A DNA stretch of 64,000 bases, taken from positions 26,971 through 90,970 of the forward strand of contig JAFDZV010000036.1 in NCBI GenBank assembly GCA_018266795.1, in the 5' to 3' direction. Position numbers and translations under genes: made by a program. Of this stretch, positions 1 through 10,684 are shown one piece after another; the first letter of the stretch is position 1; each line of letters opens with the position of its first letter. The DNA is from Bacteroidota bacterium. Its GTDB lineage: Bacteria > Bacteroidota > Ignavibacteria > OLB7. The notes under the pieces were generated by a model. It was not told the origin of the DNA, did no database searches, and worked only from the letters and a program-made list of their open reading frames with translations.

Positions 1-3000
1 CGATCTCGATGGATGACGACACCACCCCGCTGCAATCGATGGCGGTGCTTCCCGGAGGCCCGTCGATCGACGCGCTCCGGCTCCCCAACCGCCTAACCTC
101 CGCCGTTCCAATCGTGCTGGAGGATGTATCGCTCACCTACAACGTTGGTGCACGCAGGGTTACGGAGTTCAACCTCGCGCTGCGCAGCGAGCAGCATTGG
201 GTGATCCTTCCGGCCTTTGCCGGCTGGCCGGCGGTGGAGTGGCTTGGGGTGAACGTGGTTGGATTCAATCTTGCCATCACCAACCCGTTCAGTTCGACCC
301 GCCGGGTGACAGCGAAGCTGTACGGTACACTGCGTCTGCTCGATCTCGCCGATATCGACTTCGAGATATTACGGACGCCCTCGCAGTGGCATCTCGCCGC
401 CAGCATGAATACCGAGTTCACTGTCCAGGACCTGATCGACAAGATCACCGATCCGGCCGGCCCGCGTGATTCCTGGGTGAGTGCGTTCGGCGCCATCAAG
501 ATCATTTCGCTGGAGGCGACATACGATACGCCCGGTGGCAACGGCCTGGATGGCGGGTTCACGTTCTCCGGCGAGGTTGACGTTGATTGGACCGTTGCGC
601 TCCCGAACGCGCCGGATGTCAGTGTTACCGTGAAGACCATCCGCGTCTCGGTGCAATCGCTCACGCTCCCCGGCGGCAACCGTTCGCGCAGCTTTGCTGT
701 TGTCGGCACGGTGAGGCTGTTCAATTCGCTCAATGTGCAGCTCTCGTTCGAGTACAACAACGGCCCGTATCGCATCGGCATCTCCACGCATCATCTCAGC
801 GGCCAGTACGACAGCGCCACCACGGCATTCTCGATCTCGCTCACGAACATCAAGCTCGGCGATCTGATCCGGAAGGTTGCGGATCTGATCGGCGTACGGG
901 ACGTGGGATTGGATGGCGGCTGGGCGTTCATCCAGGACATCAATCTCCCAACGACGACGCTCAAGATCTATCTGAAGGATCTCAACCTGAAATACGAGGC
1001 GCGGTTCGACTTCACCCCCAACCTCGATCTTGGATTCATCACCATTGTCTCCGTGGCTGTGCAGTACACCACGACAAATCAGTTCAGAGTGCTCGTGGAT
1101 GTGAAGCCGTTCGGATCGCAGAACACGACGTCGTTCACACTGCGCCCCGGAGAGCAGGGGAATTCCGGGGTGCCGGGAACGGCGGCGAAGGTCTTCGAGC
1201 TGCAGACGCTTGCGCTTGGCCAGCGGCTTACGTTCGCGGACCAGACTGCCGTGCGGAACGTCTCCGATGCGCTTGCCAGGATCACGTCGGCGTTCGACGT
1301 TCCCGCCGGTGATCTCCATCCACTCTGCGCGAACGACAAGCTGAAGTACGACGCGTCCGCCGGGATCATCTTCGGAACCGATCTCAGCCTGCTGGGCGCG
1401 CTTCACCTTCTCCTGGTGTTCAGCGATCGAAGCGTGGCCGGTGTTCGCCTGGAGGTGAACAGCACGCGTCTTCGCTTCCTCAACGGACTCGGATTCGAGA
1501 TCCTGTACAAGAAGGTGACCGAGAGCATCGGCGTCTACCAGATCGAGCTGCGATTGCCGGATGCCATCCGCCAGATCGACGTTGGGCAGGTATCGATCAC
1601 CATCCCGATCATCGCTCTCGATCTGTATACCAACGGCAACTTCCGTGTTGATCTGGGCTTCCCGAAGAACAACGACTTCTCCCGTTCGTTCACGCTGCAG
1701 GTGCTGCCGTTCCTCGGCTCCGGCGGTTTCTACTTCGCGATGCTGGAGGGAGCAACCGCATCGCGCCTGCCGGATGACTTCGATCGCAGCACCGGGGTGT
1801 TCAAGCCCGTGCTGGAGTTCGGCATCGGCCTCAGCCTGGGCGTTGGCAAGATCATTAACAAGGGAATATTCAACGCCGGCCTGAGCCTGACGTTCGAGGG
1901 AATTCTGGAGGGCGTCCTGGCGTTCTTCAATTCCAATACGAGCGCGCAGGAAAACGAAATGTACTACTGGATGCGCGGCACGTTCGCCGTGGTTGGCCGC
2001 ATCCAGGGAAGCGTGAGCTTCGCGGTTATCAACGCCAACGTTTCCATCGTGGCGTACGCGCGCATCGGCGTTACGCTGGAATCACGGAAGCCGATCGAAC
2101 TCTTCTTCGAGGCCGGTGTGGAGGTGAACCTCACCGTGCAGATCGGTATAGGCTGGTTGAGCACGGACATCAACTGCTCCTTCTCGATGACGATTCGCGA
2201 ATCGTTCCTCATCGACGCCAAGCCGCTGGGCAACGGTCCGTGGTCCACAGGGCGCGCGCACCTGCTGCCGGAGGCTCATGGCGGTGAGGCGCCTGCGGCG
2301 AGGGTTGCCGTTGCGCACGACATACCGCGGCCGGACTGGGCGCCCATTAAGTGGACGAATCCCGGAGAACTGGTGCTGGAATTCCGCCCGGACTTTACCG
2401 TTGCCGGTCCGGCGGCTGGGCCGGTTGCCACGCACTACGTGGGGATGCTGTTCCTGCGGAGCGTGAGCGATGCCGAGCGTACGGCCGACATGCTGGCCGG
2501 TACGGACTCGATGTCGGACTTCGAGCTCTTTGCCGACGCAATGCTGCTGTGGGGGCTGAACTCCGTGCGCGGCAACGGCGAGCTGTCCGGTGATGAAACG
2601 ATCAACGAGACGCTGCTCGGCCCCGCGGTGGGGCTGGAGGAGCTGGAGGATCTGTACGACGAGCTTACCGACGCCGCCGGCGGTGCCGCGCCGTTCACGT
2701 CGGACGAAGTGATCGAATTTCTCACGGGGTATTTCTCGGTTGTGATTCAGCCGCTTGCGATCAACAAGGCGCCGGGTCACCCTGACGAGAACAAGTCGCC
2801 CTATTACCGCCCTACCATGGCGGTGTTCCCGATGATTCCGGAACTGAGCATATCGGCGGACTGGGTTCTCGACACCTACGATGCCGTGTTCAAGGAAGTA
2901 TGCCGCGTGCCGCGCGATTACCGGAACGAGATCCGCGAACACTTTGCTCAGATGGCGGTGCAGTTCCAGAACACGCTCGAGACGGAGGCCAATCCGGACA

Positions 3001-6000
3001 TGGAGTTCCCGGCGGACGTCACGGAGACCTCGATTGCCGAGATGGTGTTCGAGGACTACTTCCTGATGATCATGCGTGTTGTGGTGAATGCGGCGATCGA
3101 TCTGCTGCGGGGGTACACCCAGCCCGGCGACAAGGTGACATCGATCGCCGCTCTGAAGACGAAGTACGGCGTTTCCACCACCGAGACGGTGAAGGCAAAC
3201 CGCCGGACGCCGCTGAAGGTGGGGGCCGTTCTGAATGTGAGCGGCCTGTATGCCACCGCACTGGATCTGGATACGATCGGCAGTCTGCTGGTGCGGGCCG
3301 GCGCCGATGTCACGTTCGAGATGGTGGATGAGCTGGCGAGTATCCACGCGGACCGGCCGGGATTCCTGAAGGGGGGCGCAACGTTCATCTACGACGGGGA
3401 GCCGATCACCATCGGCGCATCGGAAACGCTGACGCAGCTGGGAGCGCGGCTGGAGCCGTGGGCATCGCCGGGTGAGTTTGCATGGATCATATCGGATCTC
3501 GGTGTGCTGGCCGCAAGCACCTCACTCTACGTGCCGCTTGCGGCGCAGCACGCCATCACGGTTGCGGCAGACGATACACTGGCAAAGGTTGCGGCGCGCA
3601 TGCTCACGTTCGGCAGCACGGGCAACGCGGACTTCGTTGGCGAGATGGCAACGCTGAACGCCGATGTACCCGGTGTGCTGCGCGAGGGAACGATCGTGTT
3701 CGGATCGCAGGAGCCGTATCAGGTTGCCCCCGGAGATACGTTGCGCATCGTCGCGGCCGGCGCATTCTACGAGAGCGTGGCCGCGCTTGCCGCCGCCATC
3801 AAGGATGAAGCCGCCACCGTTGCGCCGGGCATACGTCTGGTTGTGCCGCCGCTTACGGCAGCCGCCGCCATGAACGGGCAGGACGCGCCCACACTTGTTT
3901 CGATGGCGATGGCGCGCGGGCTGGATCCGACGGAGCTCGGCCAGCTCAACGTTGCCGTGACGCCGCTGTTCGACTCCACGAGCACGGTGCAGGCCCCGAA
4001 CGTTGCAACGATCGCACTGAGCGAGCTTCGCACGGAGATGTACAAGCGCAAAGTGCTGGTGCAGGTGTCCGGCATTACGTCGTGCTTCGCGCAGCCCGGA
4101 CTCCGCCTTCCGATGCCCTCCGGATGGGCGCCCGGGCAGAACGATTTCTGGATGCTCCCAACCGATACGGAGCCGCTCTACTGGCTCACCGGCCAGCAGT
4201 TCGAGCTTCCGGTCTTCAACGATCCGGTAACGCCCGCGCCGTCGTTCGTTGTCTGGCTGGATGTGCCGCAGAACGCCGTGGGCTGGTACACGCTCCGTCC
4301 GCATCCCTTCGAGCTCACTCCGGATCCGAACAAGCCGGTAAGCGTGCCGTTCGATGCCGCGGCGATGACGTATCTGGACTCGCTTGCAACGGCTCCGTTT
4401 ACAACGGAGATCGACTGGATCAGGTCGCTGCCGAAATTCCGTCTGGAGGATTCGCGGCTGCCGCTGACCAAGCCTGTCGAGATACAGATGCCGGAACAGC
4501 TTTCGTTCGGCAATGGCGGCGGAACGGTGCCGAGCAATGTTGTTCCAACCCTCTGGTCGTTCAGCGAAGTGTTGCGCCGCAGCATCGGCACAACGTCGGG
4601 GTTGGCGTTTGCGCTCAACATCACGCGCGTGACCGCCGGCGCCGAGGAGATGGTTGACACCGTTGCCCGCTACACGTGGGCCACGGCGATCAAGGTGCGC
4701 GTTCGCATCGCCAGAAAGCCGGACGCCGGCATCGTTCCGATGACGTACGATATCGATGGTGCCGATCCGGAGGGGATGCTGAGCCTGGAACGCATTCTTG
4801 CCGACAACGGCGCGGATATTCGCAACGTGCACATTCTCTATCGCGGCGGCGGTGATTCCGGCACGGCCGCCTACAGAAGCGCCGGCACGGGCGGTGTGAG
4901 CGCGTTGATTCTGCGATCGAATCTCTCCACGCTCTCGAATCCCCAGGCGTCGAAGGGACTGGATCCGAAGAGCGTTCCATCGCCGGTCACGAACTACTTC
5001 AACAGCCCGGATTACCGGCGGGCAACGCTGCGCCTTCTCTGGCAGGGGAGCATTGTCCGCTCCGGCGGGTATCATCTCTACTATCGTGAGAACACGCCGG
5101 GCAGGGGATTGCCGGACGACGTGTTCGATGCCGATGGCTCGACCGAGATAACGGTGCTGGTTTCCTACAACGGCACAACGGTTCCCAGGTATGCCAATCG
5201 CGTGATTATCGGTGATGCGATCGATCCAACATGGGGCATTGTCGCAACGGTTCAGCCGAACAACGCTGCATATGCAGCCTCGCAGGTGAAGGTGCTGATG
5301 ATCCCGCCTGGACATGCCGGCTTCCAGCTGTATCGTCACCTGCGAACGATCGCATTCAACGGTCCTACCGCTACGGACACCGTCCACTCGCTCTACAGTC
5401 TGTTGAGTTATCGAGTGCTTGGCGTTCCGGGGCAGCAGGGATTTGCTGAGAGTATCGAGGCGCTGCCGAAGGGGCCGGGGCGACAGCTCATCCCGGATCC
5501 CACGTTTGCACCACCTCCGAACTCCGCACCGTACGAGGTGATGATTCCCGTGGCACCGCTGGCGCTCGACCCGATACCGGCGGGGATGCGCGCCACCACC
5601 AATGCACCCTATGTGGAGAGTCCGTATCGGAATATCGGTGCCACCATGATTGTCCGAACCGATTGGCGGGACGTGTTCGGGAACTCCACGATGAGTGGGT
5701 GGGCGCCCGTATCCGCACAGACCGGGTTTCCGCCGCCGCAGCCGCTCAAGGACGTGCCGGTGTTCATTGGATATACCGACCGGCTTGTAGGCCTTGGCCG
5801 ATGGCCGTCAACGCGAAGTGGATACAAGCTGGGCGGCATCGGGCCGGACGGGAAGCAACGGGCGATCATCCGCCTGGAACTGGACAACCGGCGCTACACC
5901 GCCGGGCCGGACGGGCCGATCAGCGCCACAACGAAGCGCAGCTATCTTCTTGCCGATCTCGACGTGTACCGGACGGCGTACTATCAGCTTATCTGTTCCG

Positions 6001-8741
6001 ACGTCTCCGTGAAGGCAACCGCGTCCTGGACCGCTCCGGATGCCGACATCTCCAAGGCTTCGCTGGTGGGCTACGTCGCGGATGTGATAGACTACCTTGC
6101 CGCGGGGGCCGTGGCCGTGCCCGCGCCATCGGTGGAACTGGACTTCTCGGCAGCATTGACCGTGACCGATCCCATCTTCCAGGTGTGGGTGAGCATGAAG
6201 ATCAGCCGTACCGCTCCGCTCGATCCGGACGTTGCCGATGTGACTGCGATCCGCGAGATCGTGGACGGCGTGGAGCCGTTGCTGGATCCGGCGCCGATCG
6301 GCCAGGCGGACTCGGAGGAAAAGATGCTGCGCCGTTTCGCCGCGGCGTTCGAAGGAGTGTTCACCACGCTCAAGCTCGCCACCGGGCTTTCGCGCATCGA
6401 TGACGGCCAGGGCTCATCGCGCACGCGGCTCTGGGCCGTCTCCATCGGCCAGCAGGGGACGATCTCCTGCACGATCGATGCCGCGCAGAACTTCTTCTTC
6501 GCTCCTGCGCCGCTGGCGCAGGCTCCGGCGAGCGGCACGGTTCAGGTGGACGCCTACGTAACAGGCAACGGGTTGGCCGGCAACCCGGAGTGGAAGCAGT
6601 ACGATGCGGTGGATGTCGACGACTGGGCGCGGCGCCTGATCGGCGCAATCGACACAGTGTTGCTGCCGCAGTATGCCATGCCCGGCTACCTGCTCGATCT
6701 GGGGCGCGCCGCAGCAGGCCCTGCGCCGGCCGACGGAATTGTTGATGGCTATATCAAGCGCATCATCGCGGCGAAGGAGAGTCTTGCAAACACGATTGCC
6801 GGCACGGTGACCTCGATTCATAACGAAGCGGGAGGTGACCGCGATGCCGCGGCCGATCTGCTGCTGCAGCGAATGCTGGTGCGCCTCTCTGCAGCATACG
6901 AGTTCGATGCGGTTGTGCAGCTTGGTGCCACGATTACATCATCGTACGCCGCGAACGGCGCGCCGAAGTTGTACGGCGAGCCGAGCGGTCGCGTGATGCG
7001 AGGCGATGTCGGCATCGATGACATCGATACCACCGCCGGTGCACAACCGGAGTTCACAACCTCAACAGCACGTATTCCCATGGCGAACGGGAATACATAT
7101 CTGACATATCTGTTCAGCTCGCAACAGGGTGAACCGGAGCGACTGATGGATACCAGAATGAAGTTCACGGCAACCGCCATCGAGCATCAGATCGACTCCA
7201 TTGTGGGGGTTGCGGGATATCAGGCATCGTCGTGGCTTACATTCATCAGGCCGATCGTGTTCCCGTCCGTTGGGCAGAACGCACAGCCGGAGTTCGCCGT
7301 CAAGGTGCCGATCCTCAACCGTGCGCTCCCGGCGGTTCCGACGCTTCTGGAGCAGGACATGGCAACGAACGTGGCTTCGAATCCGGGCGTTGACCTTACG
7401 CTTGCGCAGACGCGCGGCTGGACGTACGACTATGTCTACGATCGCGTGTCGCTCGGCACGTACGATGTGATCTTCACGGCACCGCGGTTCAACGTGCATC
7501 CGAACGAGATGCCGAAGCCGGGCGGGATCGACGAGCCCGATTTGTTCGCGACGCTGGCGGAGTTCGACTACATCTGGGATCTGCTGCAGAAGGATCTCTT
7601 CGAGGCGCTGCCGAATGTTCGGCAGTCCGGTCCCGCCACCGATGATACCCGTGCCGAGGTTGCGCTGCGGGTGTTCACCGAGCTCGTGGAGCGGGCGGCG
7701 CTTGCCTGGATGGCATGGGGCTGCTACTACGGTGTGTATGTACCGACGTACGAAACCAACGAGCGCTATCGCTATGTGATCAGCGAAGACGAGGAGGAGG
7801 TGACGATCGAAGGCGTAACGGGAATCTGTCACGTGATCACCATCCGCCTGTGCGACGGCACGCCCGACGTGGAGCTGCCGTGGGTGCTCATCGACGGATT
7901 CACGCCGGTCGTCCTCTCCAGCACGCCGACCGCCTGCAGGTTCTGCTACGGCTACATCGATCCGGTAACGCAGCAGCCGACGCTTCTGCAGACTGCCGAC
8001 GCGCTCACGATCCGCAACCGGCGTGTGATGTTCGAGAACCTCAACATCCTTGCACAGCAGAACGCGTGGGGCGGCGTCTATGCAGCTCGCAATATGAATC
8101 TGTTCCAGGGTGATGCCGCCTGCAACGCCGGCGCGCCGCGGCACACGAATCCGGCGTTCGTCTATCGCACGCCGATGGTTCGCTTCGGAAGCCTGCTGAC
8201 GCCGCTGATCGAGTACGACCGGCCGATACTGATCCGCGATCTGGGGCCCAACCCCGGGGTGCGCACGATCGGTGAGCACGTATCGGCCATGTTCACGGCC
8301 TTCTTCGAGGGGCTCTGGCAACAGAACGATCCCGCGATCTGCCGGAGGATCATGGCAACCTGCCGGTACGACTATCAACTGGACAGCGCCTCCGTTGCCG
8401 CCGATCCGGTGGTGGTGACGCTGCCGATTCACATGGCACCGCCGTTCGAGTTCGTGATACCGTACGATGAGGGAGAACTGCCCGATGACACGTTCACCTA
8501 TGCGGCCACGGACTCCATCACCACCTGGTTCAACAAGCGGTATCCGGAGCGGGGGCACGGAGTGCTGGTGTTCGATATCTCGGTGTACTCCAGTCTGAGC
8601 GCGAGCGACAAGCTGCCGGTCTATCGGATCAGCAATCTCCAGCTTTCGCTGAACGACGTGAGCGACCTGCAGGAGCCGCCTGTGGATCCGCCGGACGGAA
8701 TCACGATCTGCCCGGCATGGGTCGGCAACCCGGGCGCATGA
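1..8741 (+). CDS. Giant protein, paralog A (5'-partial, at least 2,910 aa in window); LysM-like repeat array; family not recognised
   Basis: The open frame runs from the window edge (in frame from nt 3, first ATG at 9) to a stop at 8741. It is collinear with the 3,371-aa ORF at 15654-25769. The shared motif FEILYKKVTESIGVYQ is aa 496 here and aa 857 in paralog B, so about 360 N-terminal residues probably lie upstream of the window. No signal peptide can be judged because the N-terminus is missing. Confidence 0.85.
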   Translation, partial: ISMDDDTTPLQSMAVLPGGPSIDALRLPNRLTSAVPIVLEDVSLTYNVGARRVTEFNLALRSEQHWVILPAFAGWPAVEWLGVNVVGFNLAITNPFSSTRRVTAKLYGTLRLLDLADIDFEILRTPSQWHLAASMNTEFTVQDLIDKITDPAGPRDSWVSAFGAIKIISLEATYDTPGGNGLDGGFTFSGEVDVDWTVALPNAPDVSVTVKTIRVSVQSLTLPGGNRSRSFAVVGTVRLFNSLNVQLSFEYNNGPYRIGISTHHLSGQYDSATTAFSISLTNIKLGDLIRKVADLIGVRDVGLDGGWAFIQDINLPTTTLKIYLKDLNLKYEARFDFTPNLDLGFITIVSVAVQYTTTNQFRVLVDVKPFGSQNTTSFTLRPGEQGNSGVPGTAAKVFELQTLALGQRLTFADQTAVRNVSDALARITSAFDVPAGDLHPLCANDKLKYDASAGIIFGTDLSLLGALHLLLVFSDRSVAGVRLEVNSTRLRFLNGLGFEILYKKVTESIGVYQIELRLPDAIRQIDVGQVSITIPIIALDLYTNGNFRVDLGFPKNNDFSRSFTLQVLPFLGSGGFYFAMLEGATASRLPDDFDRSTGVFKPVLEFGIGLSLGVGKIINKGIFNAGLSLTFEGILEGVLAFFNSNTSAQENEMYYWMRGTFAVVGRIQGSVSFAVINANVSIVAYARIGVTLESRKPIELFFEAGVEVNLTVQIGIGWLSTDINCSFSMTIRESFLIDAKPLGNGPWSTGRAHLLPEAHGGEAPAARVAVAHDIPRPDWAPIKWTNPGELVLEFRPDFTVAGPAAGPVATHYVGMLFLRSVSDAERTADMLAGTDSMSDFELFADAMLLWGLNSVRGNGELSGDETINETLLGPAVGLEELEDLYDELTDAAGGAAPFTSDEVIEFLTGYFSVVIQPLAINKAPGHPDENKSPYYRPTMAVFPMIPELSISADWVLDTYDAVFKEVCRVPRDYRNEIREHFAQMAVQFQNTLETEANPDMEFPADVTETSIAEMVFEDYFLMIMRVVVNAAIDLLRGYTQPGDKVTSIAALKTKYGVSTTETVKANRRTPLKVGAVLNVSGLYATALDLDTIGSLLVRAGADVTFEMVDELASIHADRPGFLKGGATFIYDGEPITIGASETLTQLGARLEPWASPGEFAWIISDLGVLAASTSLYVPLAAQHAITVAADDTLAKVAARMLTFGSTGNADFVGEMATLNADVPGVLREGTIVFGSQEPYQVAPGDTLRIVAAGAFYESVAALAAAIKDEAATVAPGIRLVVPPLTAAAAMNGQDAPTLVSMAMARGLDPTELGQLNVAVTPLFDSTSTVQAPNVATIALSELRTEMYKRKVLVQVSGITSCFAQPGLRLPMPSGWAPGQNDFWMLPTDTEPLYWLTGQQFELPVFNDPVTPAPSFVVWLDVPQNAVGWYTLRPHPFELTPDPNKPVSVPFDAAAMTYLDSLATAPFTTEIDWIRSLPKFRLEDSRLPLTKPVEIQMPEQLSFGNGGGTVPSNVVPTLWSFSEVLRRSIGTTSGLAFALNITRVTAGAEEMVDTVARYTWATAIKVRVRIARKPDAGIVPMTYDIDGADPEGMLSLERILADNGADIRNVHILYRGGGDSGTAAYRSAGTGGVSALILRSNLSTLSNPQASKGLDPKSVPSPVTNYFNSPDYRRATLRLLWQGSIVRSGGYHLYYRENTPGRGLPDDVFDADGSTEITVLVSYNGTTVPRYANRVIIGDAIDPTWGIVATVQPNNAAYAASQVKVLMIPPGHAGFQLYRHLRTIAFNGPTATDTVHSLYSLLSYRVLGVPGQQGFAESIEALPKGPGRQLIPDPTFAPPPNSAPYEVMIPVAPLALDPIPAGMRATTNAPYVESPYRNIGATMIVRTDWRDVFGNSTMSGWAPVSAQTGFPPPQPLKDVPVFIGYTDRLVGLGRWPSTRSGYKLGGIGPDGKQRAIIRLELDNRRYTAGPDGPISATTKRSYLLADLDVYRTAYYQLICSDVSVKATASWTAPDADISKASLVGYVADVIDYLAAGAVAVPAPSVELDFSAALTVTDPIFQVWVSMKISRTAPLDPDVADVTAIREIVDGVEPLLDPAPIGQADSEEKMLRRFAAAFEGVFTTLKLATGLSRIDDGQGSSRTRLWAVSIGQQGTISCTIDAAQNFFFAPAPLAQAPASGTVQVDAYVTGNGLAGNPEWKQYDAVDVDDWARRLIGAIDTVLLPQYAMPGYLLDLGRAAAGPAPADGIVDGYIKRIIAAKESLANTIAGTVTSIHNEAGGDRDAAADLLLQRMLVRLSAAYEFDAVVQLGATITSSYAANGAPKLYGEPSGRVMRGDVGIDDIDTTAGAQPEFTTSTARIPMANGNTYLTYLFSSQQGEPERLMDTRMKFTATAIEHQIDSIVGVAGYQASSWLTFIRPIVFPSVGQNAQPEFAVKVPILNRALPAVPTLLEQDMATNVASNPGVDLTLAQTRGWTYDYVYDRVSLGTYDVIFTAPRFNVHPNEMPKPGGIDEPDLFATLAEFDYIWDLLQKDLFEALPNVRQSGPATDDTRAEVALRVFTELVERAALAWMAWGCYYGVYVPTYETNERYRYVISEDEEEVTIEGVTGICHVITIRLCDGTPDVELPWVLIDGFTPVVLSSTPTACRFCYGYIDPVTQQPTLLQTADALTIRNRRVMFENLNILAQQNAWGGVYAARNMNLFQGDAACNAGAPRHTNPAFVYRTPMVRFGSLLTPLIEYDRPILIRDLGPNPGVRTIGEHVSAMFTAFFEGLWQQNDPAICRRIMATCRYDYQLDSASVAADPVVVTLPIHMAPPFEFVIPYDEGELPDDTFTYAATDSITTWFNKRYPERGHGVLVFDISVYSSLSASDKLPVYRISNLQLSLNDVSDLQEPPVDPPDGITICPAWVGNPGA
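3114..4005 (+). other. Array of about 5 degenerate LysM-like repeats inside giant paralog A
   Basis: The translated segments resemble the LysM pattern (Y-x-V-x-x-GDTL-x-x-IA ... hydrophobic-P). Examples: YTQPGDKVTSIAALKTKYGVSTTETVKANRRTPLKVGAVLNV, HAITVAADDTLAKVAARML..., YQVAPGDTLRIVAAGAFYESVAALAAAIKDEAATVAPGIRLVVPP. Assigned by eye only; no profile search was run. Confidence 0.45.
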
Positions 8742-9118
8742 TCGGGGAATGCATGCCTGCGACGACCGGTGGGGACCTTGTCTCCGTCCGGTCGTTGCCT
8801 CGCCGAACCGATGATGGGCGCGGCGTTGCGATCGCGGCATTGCCGTGCGCCGCTGCGGCAACACCGCCGCCGTTCGGCGTGCGTTGCTCGCAGTACCTGC
8901 AGGTACTTGCGAGAAGCTCAACCTCGACTGCGTCAGGGCATTCCTCCGCGATGGCTGCCCGCGGTCTCGGCAGGCGAGCGGAGCGAAGCCGCGGCCACAT
9001 TCCCCGCGCGCGCATCGTTCCGCCGGGTGAACGATGATGCAGGCCGTGCGGGTTGCCCGCGGGCATCCGCTCCGCTGCAGCTGATAACGAACACCTCCAC
9101 GATAACAGGCCAAGGCTC

Positions 9119-10429
<1,311 letters not shown>

Positions 10430-10684
10430 GGGAGGGCGGGCGCCGCCGCCCGGGGCTGCTGCAGGGGAGAATGCAGACGATTGCATCGCGCGCCGCGACC
10501 ACCGTGCCGCGGCGCGCGACCAGAGGCGGGGCCGGCGCTGCAACCGTTGTGGTTGCCGCCGGCAGCGCATCGCTACCGTGAAGAACGCACCATCACCAAC
10601 AGCTTCCATCAACGACCGGCCATCTCCGGCTTCCCCGCGAGATCGCTGCGCTCGGCGGTGAAGGCTTCAAGCGCCGAGACCAGC

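Noticed and set aside
3522-5387. 621-aa antisense ORF inside giant gene A. Similar long antisense ORFs occur at 369-1406, 2082-3347 and 7062-9113.
   Set aside because: The composition is Arg/His/Gly/Pro-rich and low-complexity, typical of the reverse frame of high-GC coding sequence. The sense frame is supported by paralog conservation with gene B.
8742-9118. Small ORFs in the 377-nt gap between giant A and the collagen gene (8717-9037, 8769-9122, 8845-9030 on +; 8701-9195 on -)
   Set aside because: All are Arg/Ala/Pro-rich, mutually overlapping in different frames, and lack start contexts or motifs. I treat the gap as non-coding.
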